64,000 nt of DNA from Eledone cirrhosa (GCA_964016885.1 OZ024740.1:99820001-99884000), one strand, 5' to 3'; positions 1-14,470 are shown, counted from the first letter of the stretch. The notes: generated from the letters alone by a model not told the origin. Translations and numbers: made by a program.

Positions 1-369
1 ATTATTGTCGTTGTATTTGTAAACCCTAACAAAATGTTTAGTTTAAACGATGTCAAATAATAATAATAATTGTTTCTATAAGCAACAAGTCGAAAAATTA
101 CAGAACAGAACACAGACAAAACATCAAAAGAAAAACAAATTTCAAAAGTTTTGAACGCAACACCCCTACCTCCCTCGTTGCTATGACTACCAGCTTAGCG
201 TAGCTAACATCAAAAACAGCAGCAGCAGCAACAACAACACTAGTAACCGATGTTACTGGCCTTGAAAAACAAATAAAAAAATAAAAACTAAGTCAGACAT
301 TCAAACATTACAATGAAACTTGTTTATTTGTTCATGTTTTTATTTATTTATTTGTTTATTTATTTTTGT

Positions 370-3300
370 TCGTCTACAGCGTGATGGTGCCACACTAAAA
401 TCACACTAAAATCACACTGAAATCACCGGTGGTTATGTAACCATACATTCACCAATCCTCGATATGAGTATTTAAATGTCGAACCTAAACAGTTCGAATA
501 ACGGTGAAAAGGAGACTGAAACGTTATGTGAAAGACTCTCACCCAGCAAGTGCTCCCTGGCCCAGCAGCAGGGACCTGGCTGTCATCCAAATACTGCTGG
601 TGTTGGAAGAAGAAAAAGGAAAGGGACAAGAACCAACTGGACGAAAGAATTGAATGGGGCTGTCATGAAATGTTACCTGAGAAGTAAACCCATGGAAAAG
701 GGCTATAGGAAACGGATGCATAGCATCTGGAACGAGATTGGTCTATTTAAATTAGATGAACAAAAATTTGCCGGGCAGGCTCGGGTAATAAGAACTAATG
801 GATCGATAAGTGAGCTGGAACTGGAGGAACTGAGCAGAGAGATTAGGTTGGAAATGGAGAGTGGAATATGTCAGGCAAACGAGCCAGTGGGAAATGAAGG
901 TGAAGAGGTTGCGAGAACGGAGGAAGCATCCAAAGCAGACAATGATCTGAATGCTGAAATAAATAACATCTGGAACAGATACGGCCATTGAGGAAATGAA
1001 TACTGACGGGCTAGGACAAGATTTGGTTGATATCCTGAACTTAGTGGTAGATGAAATGAACAATGATAGTGGAAAACCTATGAATCTAACATTTGTAGAC
1101 AGGAAAACGTTAAGAGAAACAACAGCTAAGGTAAACAAAGTCATCCCATATTTTGAGGCGAGGAACCTTCACCAATGCAACAATATCCTCAAAGCAACCG
1201 CAAATGCGGTGAGGAAATTACTTGGAATAAAAACGAGAGAAAACAACAAACAAGAAAGATCAGAACCTTGGTGGAAGAAACGATTGAATGGTCAAATCAA
1301 GGAAATGAGAAAAGATATTGGAAAGCTTGCGTTCTTACTGAATAGGACATTACAAAACATAGACACTAAAGACAGATTGAAAATAAAACACAAAACTAGG
1401 GGGGAAAAGCTAAATATTATCATAAAGGAACTGAAGCAACGCATTGTAGCAAAAAGTGCAAAGATTAGGCGGTATGAGAACAGAGTCAGTCAGTATAGAC
1501 AGAACAGCATGTTTGACAACAACCAGAAGATGTTGTTTGGACAGCTTGAAGGGAAAGAAAGAGGCAACGATGTGATCATTGAGGCGGAACAGTCTAAGAC
1601 ACTCTGGTGAGGAATATGAGAGCAGGATGTTGAACATAATAGGCAGGCAGTGTGGATTGAGACAGTTCAAAAAGAGATTAGTGAACAAGCACACCAACAA
1701 CCTGATTTGAGTATCATAGTTGAAACTCTTAAAGGGCAGGCCAAAAAACTAACCAACTGGAAATCACCAGGCCCAGATGGTGTGCAAGGGTATTGGATTA
1801 AAAATATAACATCCCTCCACCCGAAACTGACATCCATGTTCAATGACTGCTTGATGTCGGGTGAAGTACCAGAGTGGTTGACAAAAGGTACCACAATCTG
1901 GTAATAAAAGACCGAATCAAGGGTAATGATGTTACCAACTATAGGCCTATCACATGTCTGTCCGTAATGTGGAAACTGTTAACAAGCATTGTGTCTGAGG
2001 AAATCTACCATCGCCTCCACATAAACAACTTGTTACCAGACGAACAGAAAGGATGCCGAAAGAAGTCCCGTGGTACACAAGACCAGTTACTTATTGATAA
2101 GATGGTAATGAGGAATTGCAAGAGGAGGCACACTGGTCTAGCCATGGGATGGATAGATTACAAAAAGGCATTCGACATGGTACCTCATTCTTGGATAACC
2201 AAAATCCTAGAGATCTTCAAGGTGGCAGATAACATCAGACAGTTGTTGAGCAAAAGTATGAGGTCCTGGGAAACAGAGTTAACATCGGGTGGAGAATCCT
2301 TTGGAGGCGTGAAGATCAAGAGAGGTATCTTCCAGAGAGATAGTTTGTCCCCTCTGCTGTTTGTCCTTGCCCTGATACCCCGATATATACCTATATATAT
2401 TATGAAAAGTGAGAGCAGGATACAAGTTGGGAAAAGGAGAGCTTACCATCAACCACCTCCACTTCATGAACGATCTTAAACTCTTTGGGAAGAGTGAGAA
2501 GGAGTTGGATGTACTTGTTGACACTGTCCGTATTTTCAGCAATAATATGTGTATGGAATTTGGTATTAATAAGTGTGAAGTCCTAGTGATGAAGAGGGGT
2601 AAATTGAGCAGAAGCAACGGAATCCAGGTACCGACAGGTGAGATGATAAAGGAAATTGACACTGAAGAGGGATTTAGGTGTTCTGGAGGCAGATGACATC
2701 AAGAACAAAAAAATGAAGGAATTGACAAGATCTGAGTACATAAGGAGAGTAAGGATCGTATTAAAATCACATCTAAATAGTAAGAATATAATAGGTCAGT
2801 AAATTCCCGAGCTATGTCTATTATTAGGTACAGTGCGGGAATTCTGAAATGGAATGTTGCTGAACAAAATGAAATGGATAGGAAGACTAGGAAGCTATTG
2901 ACTATCTACAGCATGCTCCACAAGAGGAGTGATGTCGATAGACTCTACTTAAGGAGATCTGAAGGTGGAAGAGGTCTTATCAGTATAGAGGACCGTGTTT
3001 AGATGGAGAAAAACAACCTACACAAATATGTGACTGGCAGTAGGGAGCCAATGCTCAAAATTATACTGAAGGAGAAGACAGAAGACCAGGGGACGTCCAA
3101 GAAGGAAATAACATGGAGGAAGAGCAACCTTCATGAAAAATCCCTTCATAGTACCTTCTTTAAGAAAACTGAATTTAGAGATTCACAGACATGGAACTGG
3201 TTAAAAAGAGGAGACCTTAAAAAAGCTACAGAAGGAATGCTAATGGCTGCGCAAGAGCAAGCCCTCAGAACGAAGTGGGTGAAACACCATATTGACAAGG

Positions 3301-3873
3301 AGGTGGCTAGCTCACTGTGTAGGATCTGTGGAGAGAGAGAGGAGACTCTAGATCACATTGTATCCGAATGTAAACACCTAGCGCAGACTCACTCTAAAGG
3401 CTGGAGACATGATGTGCTGGGCAGGGTGATCCACTTGCATCTATGCAAAGTAAACAATTTACCACATTCTGACCTGGTGGTTTTGGACAATGAAGAAAGA
3501 TTGTGCCTGATTGAAGCTGTAGCCTGCCCCTGTGACACGAGAATGCAAGAAAAGGAGAGACAGAAAATTAACCGATACCAGGATTTAAAGTGGGAGTTAA
3601 AAAGGATTTAGAACTGCCATGAAATCAAGGTCGTCTCGATTGTCATAGGCGCACTAGGTACTATCTCAAAGAATTTCCAAGGATTGTTAAAGAATATTAG
3701 TTCAGCCCCGCTTTTTGGAACACTTCAAAAGGCATGCTTGCTGGGAACAGCAAGAACCCTCCGATACGTCCTGAATGCCCGAGGCTGCAGGTAGCGGCTT
3801 GATATTCATTTCAACAAACTTTCCAATTAAATAAACATCAATGACTGAGACTCAGATGACAATAATAATAATG
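370..3873 (+). mobile_element. Dong/R4-clade non-LTR retrotransposon, near full length, decayed
   Basis: Collinear ORF fragments: [53 protein letters not shown] (decayed YMDD), CCHC knuckle CRICGEREETLDHIVSEC..RHD, RLE-like DLVVLD..LIEAVACP, IVIGALG. (AAT)n tail at 3861-3873. The 5' boundary is approximate. Confidence 0.9.
476..3794 (+). pseudogene. Disrupted single ORF (RT + zinc knuckle + restriction-like endonuclease) of the R4/Dong element
   Basis: ORF-track pieces 476-991, 996-1610, 1650-1904, 1874-2479, 2409-2696, 2814-3002 and 3003-3611 join through frameshifts and stops. Confidence 0.88.
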
Positions 3874-4011
3874 AAATCGATCGTCAAGTTCTCAGTCCTC
3901 ATTCACTTACCAAGTGAGATGAAACTCGTCAAATCGAACCAATGAAATAATGTATCAATTGGTCTCTCCATTGCTGAATTTCTACTGTTCCAACCCCTGT
4001 CCTGGCAGATT

Positions 4012-4045
<34 letters not shown>

Positions 4046-4054
4046 AAGAGAGAC

Positions 4055-4055
<1 letters not shown>

Positions 4056-4108
<53 letters not shown>
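4056..4108. repeat. (GATA)n microsatellite
   Basis: Directly visible. Confidence 0.95.
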
Positions 4109-4110
<2 letters not shown>

Positions 4111-4120
4111 ATAAATATAT

Positions 4121-4306
4121 AATTGTTTCTACTTTTGGCACAAGGTCAGCAATTACCCAGTACATTACTGGTACTTTATTTTATCGACCCCCGTAAGGAT
4201 GAAAGGCAAAGTTAACCTCGGCGGGATTTCAACTCAGACCGTAAAGGGACGTAACTATGCTAGAAAGCATGGCATCCGACCCTCTACCGATACTGCCAAT
4301 CCACCG
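4121..4306 (-). mobile_element. tRNA-derived SINE (family A)
   Basis: Minus strand has A-box-like TGGCAGTATCGG, B-box-like GAGTTGAAATCC, central GCCTTTCATCCTTACGGGGGTCGATAAAATAAAGTACCAG (resembles a Meta-type SINE domain) and tail GTAGAAACAATT. At least 6 related copies lie in the window. Confidence 0.85.
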
Positions 4307-5399
4307 ATAATGTCCATTTATTAGAATTTATTAACGTTGATCCAGCCTTCATAGTAACATTTCCCATTATAAAAACATTTGTAGTGTCGCAAACTAGCGC
4401 TATAATACCCCTTAGGAGTGAAAATGTCAAACAGAAATTCAAATATTACCGGTATGACAAGGGTGTTAACCAAAGGTGATGGTGTCTGAACTCAGCAGGT
4501 GTCCCACTGTGCAACAGGTTGGGCCATGTCATAATTCGACTACTGCTAGCCGTTAAAATATGCAAAAAATTAAACGAAACATTCATACAAGCGTCATGCA
4601 GTGTTATTACTGAAACAATCCAGTTGAAGACAATTCTAGGCTAGTAAAACGTTACCAATAGAGAATGTTAAATTAATGAAAAGTCAGAGGAATGTTTGAT
4701 AACACAGAAGAGAAAATGTGTGAGCAGACAAAAGCGAGTAGAAAAAAAATGAAGTTGTGAGATGTAGAACTTGAAGGAATCAAACGATTAATTATTGCTG
4801 AAAATGTACAAGATGTTGTTAAAGAGGTTGAATTGCAAGACGGGAAACAGAGTTTGATGTATTAGGGTAATGAAGCCTGATGAAGCTGAAGAGAAATGGA
4901 TTGTATATATGAATACGAGTGGAATCATTTTTTATCGTCAAAATCAATTTGATAACTGCGGATGAATAAAATAACTTAGATTGTTGGAATTGATAAATAC
5001 TCACTAGAAATATTTTGTTTCATTTCAAGAAAGCTAACCAGTGGAAGTGGAACGAGAAAAAAAAAACAAAAAAACAAAGAAAGTAAATATATTGATGAAA
5101 TGTGAGAGGAGAGACAGCATAACACAAACCAACAAGCTTATTAATGAAGTAAGTAGCATTGTTGCAGAAAACAGATGCATTCCAAGAGCACTGGTTAAAG
5201 AATTTAAGAAGGGGGTCATAAAATTATTGCAGAAAAACTTGATGCATGTATTAATAGAATGTTTTCATATTTCAAAGATGTTTACAAACTGAGTGCTGTA
5301 GACAATTATCGACCTATATAATGTTTACCACGTCGAGGACATATTAACTGATTCTTAAGTGAGAATGAAATCTTCCAAGTTTAGTCAAAAAGCTATAGA

Positions 5400-6152
5400 C
5401 GAAAAGGACACAGAACCAAGGATCACATGCTTACTGGCAATATAGTGATAACAAATTGTAGGCGAAGAATGATTAGTTTAGGTTTGACTGTAGAAAGGCA
5501 TACAATATGATAACCCATTCGTGGATCATTTAGTGCCGGAAATTCTTTGAATTACTGAAGAACGATATGATAATGCCTCTGTGCGGGAGTTTATGTAACA
5601 AGTAAGGATTTCCATGCACAGAAGACAACTGTGAATATGGTGCCGTAAATGAGATGTGATTCTTTGAAAATGACGAGATAAAGCTTTTATGGGATTTTTC
5701 AAGTCAGACTGAGGTGAAGATTGAACACAACAAATCATACATAATTCTAAAATGTCCTTTTGGCACCAGAATTAAACGAACAGAGAAGAAGGAAATAGGA
5801 GCTTATACAAACTTCAAATATGAGATCTTGAAATGCTGAAGTAATGATGTGAAGAGAGTCACCATTGTCCCAGTTGTTATTGGTGCTCTTGGCATGGTGA
5901 CAAAATAGCTTGAGAACTAACTTTCGAAGATACAATTTGCTCCAGGGATTGAACTACTTCAGAAGACATGCCTACTCGTAACCGCCCTAATATTGTGAAA
6001 GGCTTTGAACTACCAGCAGTAGTGAAATAGCAAGGAATGATAAGAAAAGTTTGGAGTTACCTTAGGCTACTAATTGTAACCCGCTATTTTCCTAAAATAA
6101 CCGGCACAAAGCAACATAAAAGTTAGTGGCGATAAACACCCAAATAATAATA
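5400..6152 (+). mobile_element. Old 3' fragment of a second R4/Dong-type LINE
   Basis: Translates to KLLWDFSSQTEVKIEHN and TIVPVVIGALGMVT, typical of the RLE C-terminus. Ends in AATAATAATAAA. Confidence 0.7.
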
Positions 6153-6544
6153 AAAATATTTCGCTATATAATATCCAGATGGTGTTGCAACAAATTCGGA
6201 TAAAGAAACGTTGAGGTAAGGTTGGGTCTCCGTTTCTTATAGCGGGTATGTTGACTGAATCTCATCTGCATTATTGCGGCCTCCTAAACACAACCGGTAT
6301 ATATATATATATATATATATATTTGTATTGAATTTTAAGTTTGTATATATGTTCCAACTCCACAAAGCTTTTATATTTTATTCTAGTTGTATTTCTGTAA
6401 TTAGCAATTCAAATAATGGTAGACTATCTAATATTGTATCTGTCTTTATTATTGTTGAGATTTATCACCATTTTTCTTCATTTCTTCTCTTTTGTTTTCT
6501 CACACACCCATAATGATCTTCTTGTTTAGAAATTATTCGGGGGT

Positions 6545-6735
6545 TGAAATGGACCTCCCACGGGTTCGAAGTTGAATATTGCACTATTTCGATGATCAGA
6601 GTGGCCTGCTTGTGAAATTAACGTGTACGTGCCTTATTATTTCCACAGACATGTGTACCATTAATATCAGTTTTTTGGAGATTCAGCGTAATAGACTGTG
6701 TGACATAGTTGGCCCTTCGAATTACATACACAGTC
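6545..6735 (+). repeat. Dispersed SINE-like repeat (family B)
   Basis: Shares CACAGACA(C/T)GTGTA..GATTC..TGACA.GG.TGGCCCTT.GAATTAC with 10290-10470 and with the minus strand of 12800-12925. Confidence 0.55.
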
Positions 6736-9700
6736 CATTCAACAGGATTCCACAGAGGTTCCGTCTTAGATACACATTAGATAAATGACATATGTCTAAG
6801 ATGCTACACAGTAGGATCAAACCCAGGACCTAATGATTGCAAAGCAACCTTCTTAACCATTTGGCCATGCTTCGTACAATTTGTTTCGTTCAAATATGCT
6901 GAAGATATAATTTGACAATTTACACTGGTATCTCTCTTCCAAACTGAGTAGATACTTTGAGAATTAGGAAATAGCAAATATTAGGGACTTGAAAAAGATT
7001 GATGCATACTTCAAATATTTAACGTTTGGACCGAGAAGACAGGGGAGAGCTGTGATTTGAACATATTTAACAATCCCACTAAAGAAAATATCTTAGCCTT
7101 TTTTATATTGAGAGGAAACCCATATTCACACATAGAACAGGTTTAAAGTGGGCAGACACTCTTGGAGTGTACGTTGATTGCGTTCTATCCACGTTAATTC
7201 GTTTTGTGATTTTGGCTAAAAGCCGGATCCCCTAAATTGAAATCAATGGTACTACTCAATAGTAGTTGTAGCCTGACCCGAGGACCGTCGGTTCTATGAT
7301 TTATGTAAGGACGGGGAGACTGAATATTCAGGGTTTTTTGCATGCGGAAATGAAGTAGCTTTCACGTGGTGATGATCTCAATAGATTCTTGGCCATCATA
7401 GCTAAACTTCACATTATTCTAGTGGATAAAAATCAGGTCCGTGCATATAGTCAATAACTCCATTTGGTTAGCACAATCATAATGTTTAGTTGTTTTATAA
7501 GATGTTAAATTGTTGATGAAGAAATAATAAAAGAAAATATTAACATCTAATTACTAAGAAAAATCTACATTTGAGTAGAAGTTTCTGTCCTCGAACAAGA
7601 AAGTTGATCCCAACTAGATAACTGCCTTTCCAAAACTAATCGTGGTTTAAACATATTGTGAAAATATTACACTTTGTTACATCAAGGACTCAGTTAAAAG
7701 GCATCATATTAAACTAAAAAAGTGAATTCCTCAATATACTAGACCTTCAGTTACACAGTCTCATTAGCGAAAAAAATGTTGATGTGCCTGGAGAGCCTCA
7801 ACGATTTATAGATGCACGTTTGAACTTCGATTTGACAGTGAAGAACTAACGGAATTTCAAACCAAGGCAGATCCTTTATCTTTCTGGATGTCAAACAATA
7901 TAAAGTCTTTCGAAATTGTACATGTGGATGGGATAAAAATACTACTGCCTTTTTCAACGATTTTTTTCTTTTTTTACACTTGTGAACTTGAAAACAAAGT
8001 ATAGAAATATTGTGGACCCTGCAGACAACATCCAAGTTGCTTTGACATTCAAATGCCCCTAATTCGGATGTTATTAAATCAAAAATGAAACATCATTTTT
8101 CCAGAACCTAAAGGGAATAGTTTTGGATTAAATTCACCAGTTCTTTATTACTTTTTTAAAAATTTGTTTCTGTGCTATGTTTATGGAAACATTTTTTATG
8201 TTTATTTGAAGGCTAATGTTTGTGAACTTTGATCCATAATAGTCTTTGTCAAGATTTTATTTTTCTAGAATAATACTTGTTTTAAAATCAAAGTACAGAA
8301 ATCATTTGATCTGACGTTAAAAGTTCTGATTTTGCTATTGTTATATAAAAAAGAAGGCGGCGAATTGGCAGAGTCGGATAGAATGCTTTGCGGTTTTTGT
8401 TCTGGCTCTCTTCTATCTGTGTTCACATCCCACATTGCATTTCATCCTTTCGAGGTCAGTAAAAAAAAGGCACCAGTTCAATACTGTGTTTCATTCTTCC
8501 TTTGTGTCTCTTTCTCACTTTCTCTCTCTTACTCTCAATCCTTCTTTCGAAGAAAGCTGCTGTGATCAGACCTGGAGGGGGATGGGCTCCGCCAGGCTCT
8601 AAAAGGCGAAAGAAATGTCGTATGCCACAACGGCACCTCTACAATGTTATCATAGGACATAAGATTATATCATATAACAAATGAAGCAACATTATCTTTC
8701 GAAAGCAGGAAGTGGGTTTGTTTTCGATGAACTTTTCTCAAAGGCACACATATATATATACATATATATTTCTTTAAAAATATACCCATCTTTCTACCTT
8801 ATTTCAATGTTATTTATTATACATTATATAATACTAGTTACTCATTCTATATAACTCCTATTTATCACTTCCCTTTCTTTCTTTTTTCCTTTTTTCTTTT
8901 CTTTTTTTATTTACTAACCTCTAATCTGTACCTTTTCTTCCTAGATACTTCTCAATTATCATTATTACTCAGCACAATATATTCTTACTTCATATCACCT
9001 TGAAAAAATCCTTCGTAAACATAAACATTTTTTTGACGTTAGATTATTCATCCTCAATTCATAATTTTTTCTCCCTTTCATGCTCATCTAACTTATACAT
9101 ATTACACTTATTCATCCACTCTTCTACTTCTTTCACAATATATCCTTAATTACATTACTATTGCTATATTTTTATATTTTTTAATAATACATATCAACAA
9201 TTTCTTTCCATCGCACATATTATTAAACCCTTAAATATTATTCTTAATACATATTAACAATTTCTTTTCATCGCACATATTATTAAACCCTTAAATATAC
9301 AAACCTTAATTTAACATTATTCTAAAAATTTTCTCTTCGTTAATATTCAAATTCTTTTAATTTATATATTATCTTCCAACGGTTTTTCAACCTCTCTATG
9401 TAAAACAATATATTTTTCTCAGTTATAAAAGCTATCTCTCTCTATCACACATCTCTCCTCTTATCTCATCCTTCCTCATTATACTCCTCCACTCCACTTT
9501 TTACTCTCATCTCCTCCTCTTTTTCACCCCCCCCCCTCAATTTTTTTCCCAATATCACACATCAATCTAAAACTACTTTTCTTATGTTGATTTAAAACTG
9601 CACTATTCACAAGTGTGTTTTAAATTCCATATCATGTCTCCCTATTTTATCTGACGAAAACGCAAATGTTATTGCATGAAGATATTTGTTTTTGAAATTC

Positions 9701-9741
9701 GCATAATAAAATACATGGAACTCTTTTAACCATCTTTTGAT

Positions 9742-9827
<86 letters not shown>

Positions 9828-9841
9828 AGCACATATATACA

Positions 9842-10275
9842 TCTTCTTCTTATCGTGTCCACAAGAGTGTCAGCTACAAAGCTTGGCTAGATGTAGTTCC
9901 ACCACAGCTGTACACATTGCTGTCCTTTCTCATTAAACTCTGCCAAGTCCAATGCTGTGCAGGGGTGTTCCAGCAGGGAGCATATCAGGAGGTGCTGCGT
10001 AGTCTGTCGTTCAATGCCGCTGTCACACACAATGTCCCCATCCTTTAAATGTCCTCATTTTTCCAGATTGACTTTTGCACGAACAACATCAGATCTTAAT
10101 CTGTTGTGGCATTTTCACACTGCATAATTTGTATCTACTCCGGGGGGAAGTACCTCGCTTGCCTTTAACTCCATTTTTGTTACAGATGGGAGGTTGTTAA
10201 GTTTTTCTTCCCAGCGAGTGACTCTTTCACTACTTATGCTTGATGTTCCAAGGAGCGTGACGCACTTTAGGAAAC
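9842..10275 (-). mobile_element. 3' fragment of an Ingi/Vingi-like LINE
   Basis: Minus strand translates to KCHNRLRSDVVRAKVNLEK*GH..VCDSGIERQTTQHLLICSLL (decayed C-terminal zinc knuckle), followed by an (AAG)n tail. Clade assignment is from motif memory only. Confidence 0.6.
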
Positions 10276-10289
10276 TTTCCCTTGATATA

Positions 10290-10470
10290 TACATGTATGG
10301 TTGTTGAACCTGAGGATGATTGTTCCAGTGGTTTGATCACCAGTACAGGTTACTCAAGTGGTTAAAGTACAAGTGGCTGAGAATTTCATATACACGTGTA
10401 GCATTAGCATAGTACTCAGAAAGATTCCGTATGACAAGGCTGGCCCTTTGAATTACCGGTACAACTGTTT
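10290..10470 (+). repeat. Dispersed SINE-like repeat (family B)
   Basis: Similar to 6545-6735. Confidence 0.5.
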
Positions 10471-11053
10471 TTAACCGTGTTAATTGAAATAAGGTAGAGA
10501 GAAAACGATGCAAAGTAGGACAAATTGTATATTTTAATGCAGTCTACAGAGAAACAGTTGTTGCTCCGAGTTTCTCCAATTGATTACGATAATAAGACTT
10601 AACGTTATTATGTTCGAACAGAATCTTCTGTGCCAATTCTATTGAACCTTCTTTGATTTCATGGCTAGCCTACTAGGCTAGAAGGCACGTGATCTAACGT
10701 GATCTAGTGAATATGGTATTAAGATGACGGTCATAAGCAAGTAGTGTGCCATCTTCTTGAACCAGACATTCCAAGTCACTCAGCTGAAAACATGAGTTCC
10801 AACAGTAGCAGCAGCTGGTATCCAGTCCAAAGAAAGTACCGTACTCTCAGTCGTAACACAAATGAAATCGAAATAAACCCCGTGTTAATGAGTTACTTAT
10901 AAAATGGTATCCTTGCAAGATAGGTGTGAATAAACTCAAATAAAATATAAACTCGAAAGATCATTATAGGCGTACTAGTTAAACAAAAGGGTTGGATATT
11001 TAAAACAATATATAAAAATCTAAAAATTGATAAAAACGCAAGTAAACAAAAAT

Positions 11054-11241
11054 AATTGTCTCTACTTTTGGCACAAGGCCAGCAATTATACCAGTGCATT
11101 ACTGGTACTTTATTTCATTGACCCCGTAAGGATGAAAGGCAAAGTTAACCTCAGCTGGATTTGAACTCAGATTACAAAGGGCCTTAACTCTATGCTGCAA
11201 AGCATGGCGTCCGACCCTCTACCGATACTGCCAATCCACCG
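11054..11241 (-). mobile_element. tRNA-derived SINE (family A)
   Basis: Near-collinear with 4121-4306. Confidence 0.85.
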
Positions 11242-12163
11242 CAAGTAAATAAAAATAATAAAATATATTTTCTTCCTGAGATTATAGAAGTATATTGGAT
11301 TTCAATGGACCACGAGACATTAGAATCTGAACAAAGTGTTGCTGGAGCTCGAAGGCATAGTGATGAAATCAAATTGCATCTGCAGTATTAAAGATGATAT
11401 TTATAGAATTCTAAATTATGTTGATAAAATGAAGGAGGCGGGTAGGTCATGTTAAAAGAGAAATGGCTACTCTTCTAGATGGAACCAAAGAAACTGTTTC
11501 CATTTGTATATTTTCATGGCTGACACTATCTGTCGATTGCAACTCCTAACTGAGGATCACTGCTTTGGAAGGATTTGAAGTGGAAGGATTTGAGCTCAGC
11601 ATGGCCCCAGCCTGTCGGCTGAAACACGTAATAGTTCAATAGAGTAATAAAGAGTTGGGACAGATGTCACATGATATCTCGCCCAATGCGTTAACAATTC
11701 AGTTCTGAATCGGCTGACTAAATGTCTAAAACGAAATAAGAAAATAAGTAAAAATGAAAAAAAAAAAGTGAAAATGTAACAAAGAAATTGGATGGTAAAT
11801 ATAAAGAATGAGTTAAAATGAACGACGCTGTAAGTAAATACATATAACTAAGAATTCTCAAAACTTTATGGACGTAGCATTAAATGTAAAGGATTAGTTA
11901 CGTTTGAACATATAGCAAAATAACACAGAAAGTGTACAATTAATGTCCTGAACTAAGTATCTACTATAGAGATAGGAGTAAATTTGTAACCAATAAATTA
12001 TGTGTGTTGTAAATATCAGAGAGGCTTTGGAAAGGGTAATGGAATACAAAACAATATTTTAATAATTTGAAAAGAGCATTCATTACCTGAAAATTGTCAG
12101 TGAACTTGCTGTATTGTTACTCAGTTTCACAGAGTCTTTCACACAAAGTATATACCTCACAAC

Positions 12164-12446
12164 CAAGGGCCTTGATTCAGAGGGGTACCAGGGGACAAGC
12201 CCCCCCCCCATACACACACTTTTTCAAACGTCTATGTTTTATTTCTTGTTTATTTGATATAATAAATTATTTTAAAGCTTATTTTTTCATATCTGAACTT
12301 CATTTGAATATATAAAATTTAATTAGCGTAACATTTTGTTTATGCGATAGGGTCAGGAAAAGGCACTATAAGCAATTTCTGCTCCTTTAAGAATCAACAA
12401 ATGTTGGTTTGTCCCCCTCACATTTTTAAGGCAAACGAGGCCACTG
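12164..12446. mobile_element. hAT-type MITE
   Basis: Imperfect TIRs CAAGGGCCTTGATT / AAACGAGGCCACTG. The 8-bp flanks CTCACAAC and CTAACAAC match at 7/8, as expected for a hAT TSD. Confidence 0.7.
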
Positions 12447-12799
12447 CTAACAACCTTCACCCAATAGGATATATTTCGCATTATCAGTTGAAAGATTGCA
12501 GACATCAAGGGTGTGACTATCTGAAACCGATTATGGATGGAACGAATTCACTGATAGTTTTCCAGCGAATGTGAGTGCGTGTGTGTGTGTGTGTGTGGTG
12601 TGTGTGTGTGTGGGGGGGGGGGGTGTATTTGTGCGTATTGTGTATTTGTGCGTATATATATATATATACACACACACAAACACATCGCTCTGCAATTATA
12701 AGATTCCAGGTATAATCCCACGGCATAGCGTCTTACGCAAGTGTATTTATCATAGCCTGGTTAGACGCAAAATTTGAGACCGAATTGGGGAGACACAGA

Positions 12800-12925
12800 A
12801 ACTGTGGAACCGCTTCGGGTGCAGCCTCGTCACGTGTGACGGTGATTCGGCTTAGAAATTACGTTGAAGGTACACGCTTTTGTGGAATACTTGACCTCTT
12901 TCAAGTTAATTCGCGGGATTAACAT
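12800..12925 (-). repeat. Dispersed SINE-like repeat (family B), decayed
   Basis: Reverse-complement similarity to 6610-6720. Confidence 0.4.
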
Positions 12926-13102
12926 ACAGTGGGTCGTAAATATTAACGCGCATTGTTGAAACCAATGGAGTATCCATTATTATTATACATACACAGATTC
13001 ACACACACGCATATATACACACATACTCATGCACACACACACAGGTACACACGCACACACACCTACACACACACAAAAATATATATATATATGTATATAT
13101 AT

Positions 13103-13813
13103 CAGTGGCGAAGGGTAACCTGGAAAGCAGAGCATGCAGTCCAATCGCCATGGCGAAAAGTGGGGCTGTGCAGCCTTACCCCCCCCCCCCCCCAATTCCC
13201 TCTAAATGACCCTCCCGGTCAAAGCCGCATGTAGTTTAATCTAGTGTGTGTGTGTGTGTGTGTTATCTTTTTATGTGTCTACGATTTAGTACGCAGTCAA
13301 AATTCTGCTTGCCCCAAAGCTGTCATGTGTTTGTGTGTATGTGTAGGTGTGTGTGTGTGTGTGTGTTATCTTTTTATGTGTCTACGATTTAGTACGCAGT
13401 CAAAATTCTGCTTGCCCCAAAGCTGTCGTTTGTTTGTGTGTATGTGTAGGTGTGTGTGTGTGTGTGTGTTATTTTTTTATGTGTCTACGATTTAGTAAGC
13501 AATCAAAATTCTGATTGCTCCAAAGCTGTCGTTTGTTTGTGTGTATGTGTAGGTGTGTGTGTGTGTTATCTTTTTATGTGTCTACGATTTAGTAAGCAGT
13601 CAAAATTCTGCTTGTCCCAAAGCTGTCGTGTGTTTGTGTGCATGAGTGTGTGTGTTATCTTTTTATATGTCTACCATTTAATAAGCAGTCAAAATTCTGA
13701 TTGCTCCAAAGCTGTCGTTTGTTTATGTGTATGTGTAGGTGTGTGTGTGTGTTATCTTTTTATGTGTCTACGATTTAGTAAGTAGTCAAAATTCTGCTTG
13801 CCCCAAAGCTCTC

Positions 13814-13854
<41 letters not shown>

Positions 13855-13960
13855 TTTTATGTGTCTACAATTTAGTAAGCAGTCAAAATTCCGCTTGCTT
13901 CAACCGACACAATTGATCAACTCAAGATTCTATAACGCATGCACGGACCCTTCACCCTTG
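13103..13960. mobile_element. TIR-bounded MITE (hAT-like) carrying an internal tandem array
   Basis: TIRs CAGTGGCGAAGGGT / ACCCTTCACCCTTG match at 11/14. ATATATAT lies on both sides. Confidence 0.6.
13244..13897 (+). repeat. Minisatellite, 7 units of about 90-105 bp each with a variable (GT)n
   Basis: Core TTATCTTTTTATGTGTCTACGATTTAGTA(A/C)GCAGTCAAAATTCTG is repeated 7 times. Confidence 0.95.
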
Positions 13961-14136
13961 ATATATATATATTTATATATATATGTATGCGGTAGATATC
14001 TTGTTTTTAAAGCGTAGAAATATCAGAGACGCCCAGTAGACAACTGATGAGGACCCCCCCTCCGTTCTTGATTTATTCTTATTCACACTGCATTTTAAGT
14101 TAACTTAAATAGCAACTACACAGCCATTTCTATTCT

Positions 14137-14176
<40 letters not shown>

Positions 14177-14433
14177 TTTGAGTATGTGTTGGTTGTTTAC
14201 AGACACCTCAGTATGCAGGTAGGAGCACTTGTATCTTATAACGCACTGTATATTGTATTCCAAACTAAGAAACCAATGATTAATCCACGATTTCAATAAA
14301 GTTAAACACACACACAGACACGCACACACACAAACACACACATACACACACACATCCCACACACACACATATTTCATATAGATTATATATATCTCTTTCT
14401 ATATATATATATTTATGTATATATATATATATT

Positions 14434-14470
<37 letters not shown>

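Noticed and set aside
4121-4306. tRNA gene
   Set aside because: A and B boxes are present but there is no cloverleaf; it is a multi-copy SINE head.
13244-13897. CRISPR array
   Set aside because: The intervening segments are (GT)n variants rather than unique spacers; there are no cas genes and the context is eukaryotic.
14041-14070. CTGATGAG box
   Set aside because: No downstream stem II or GAAA.
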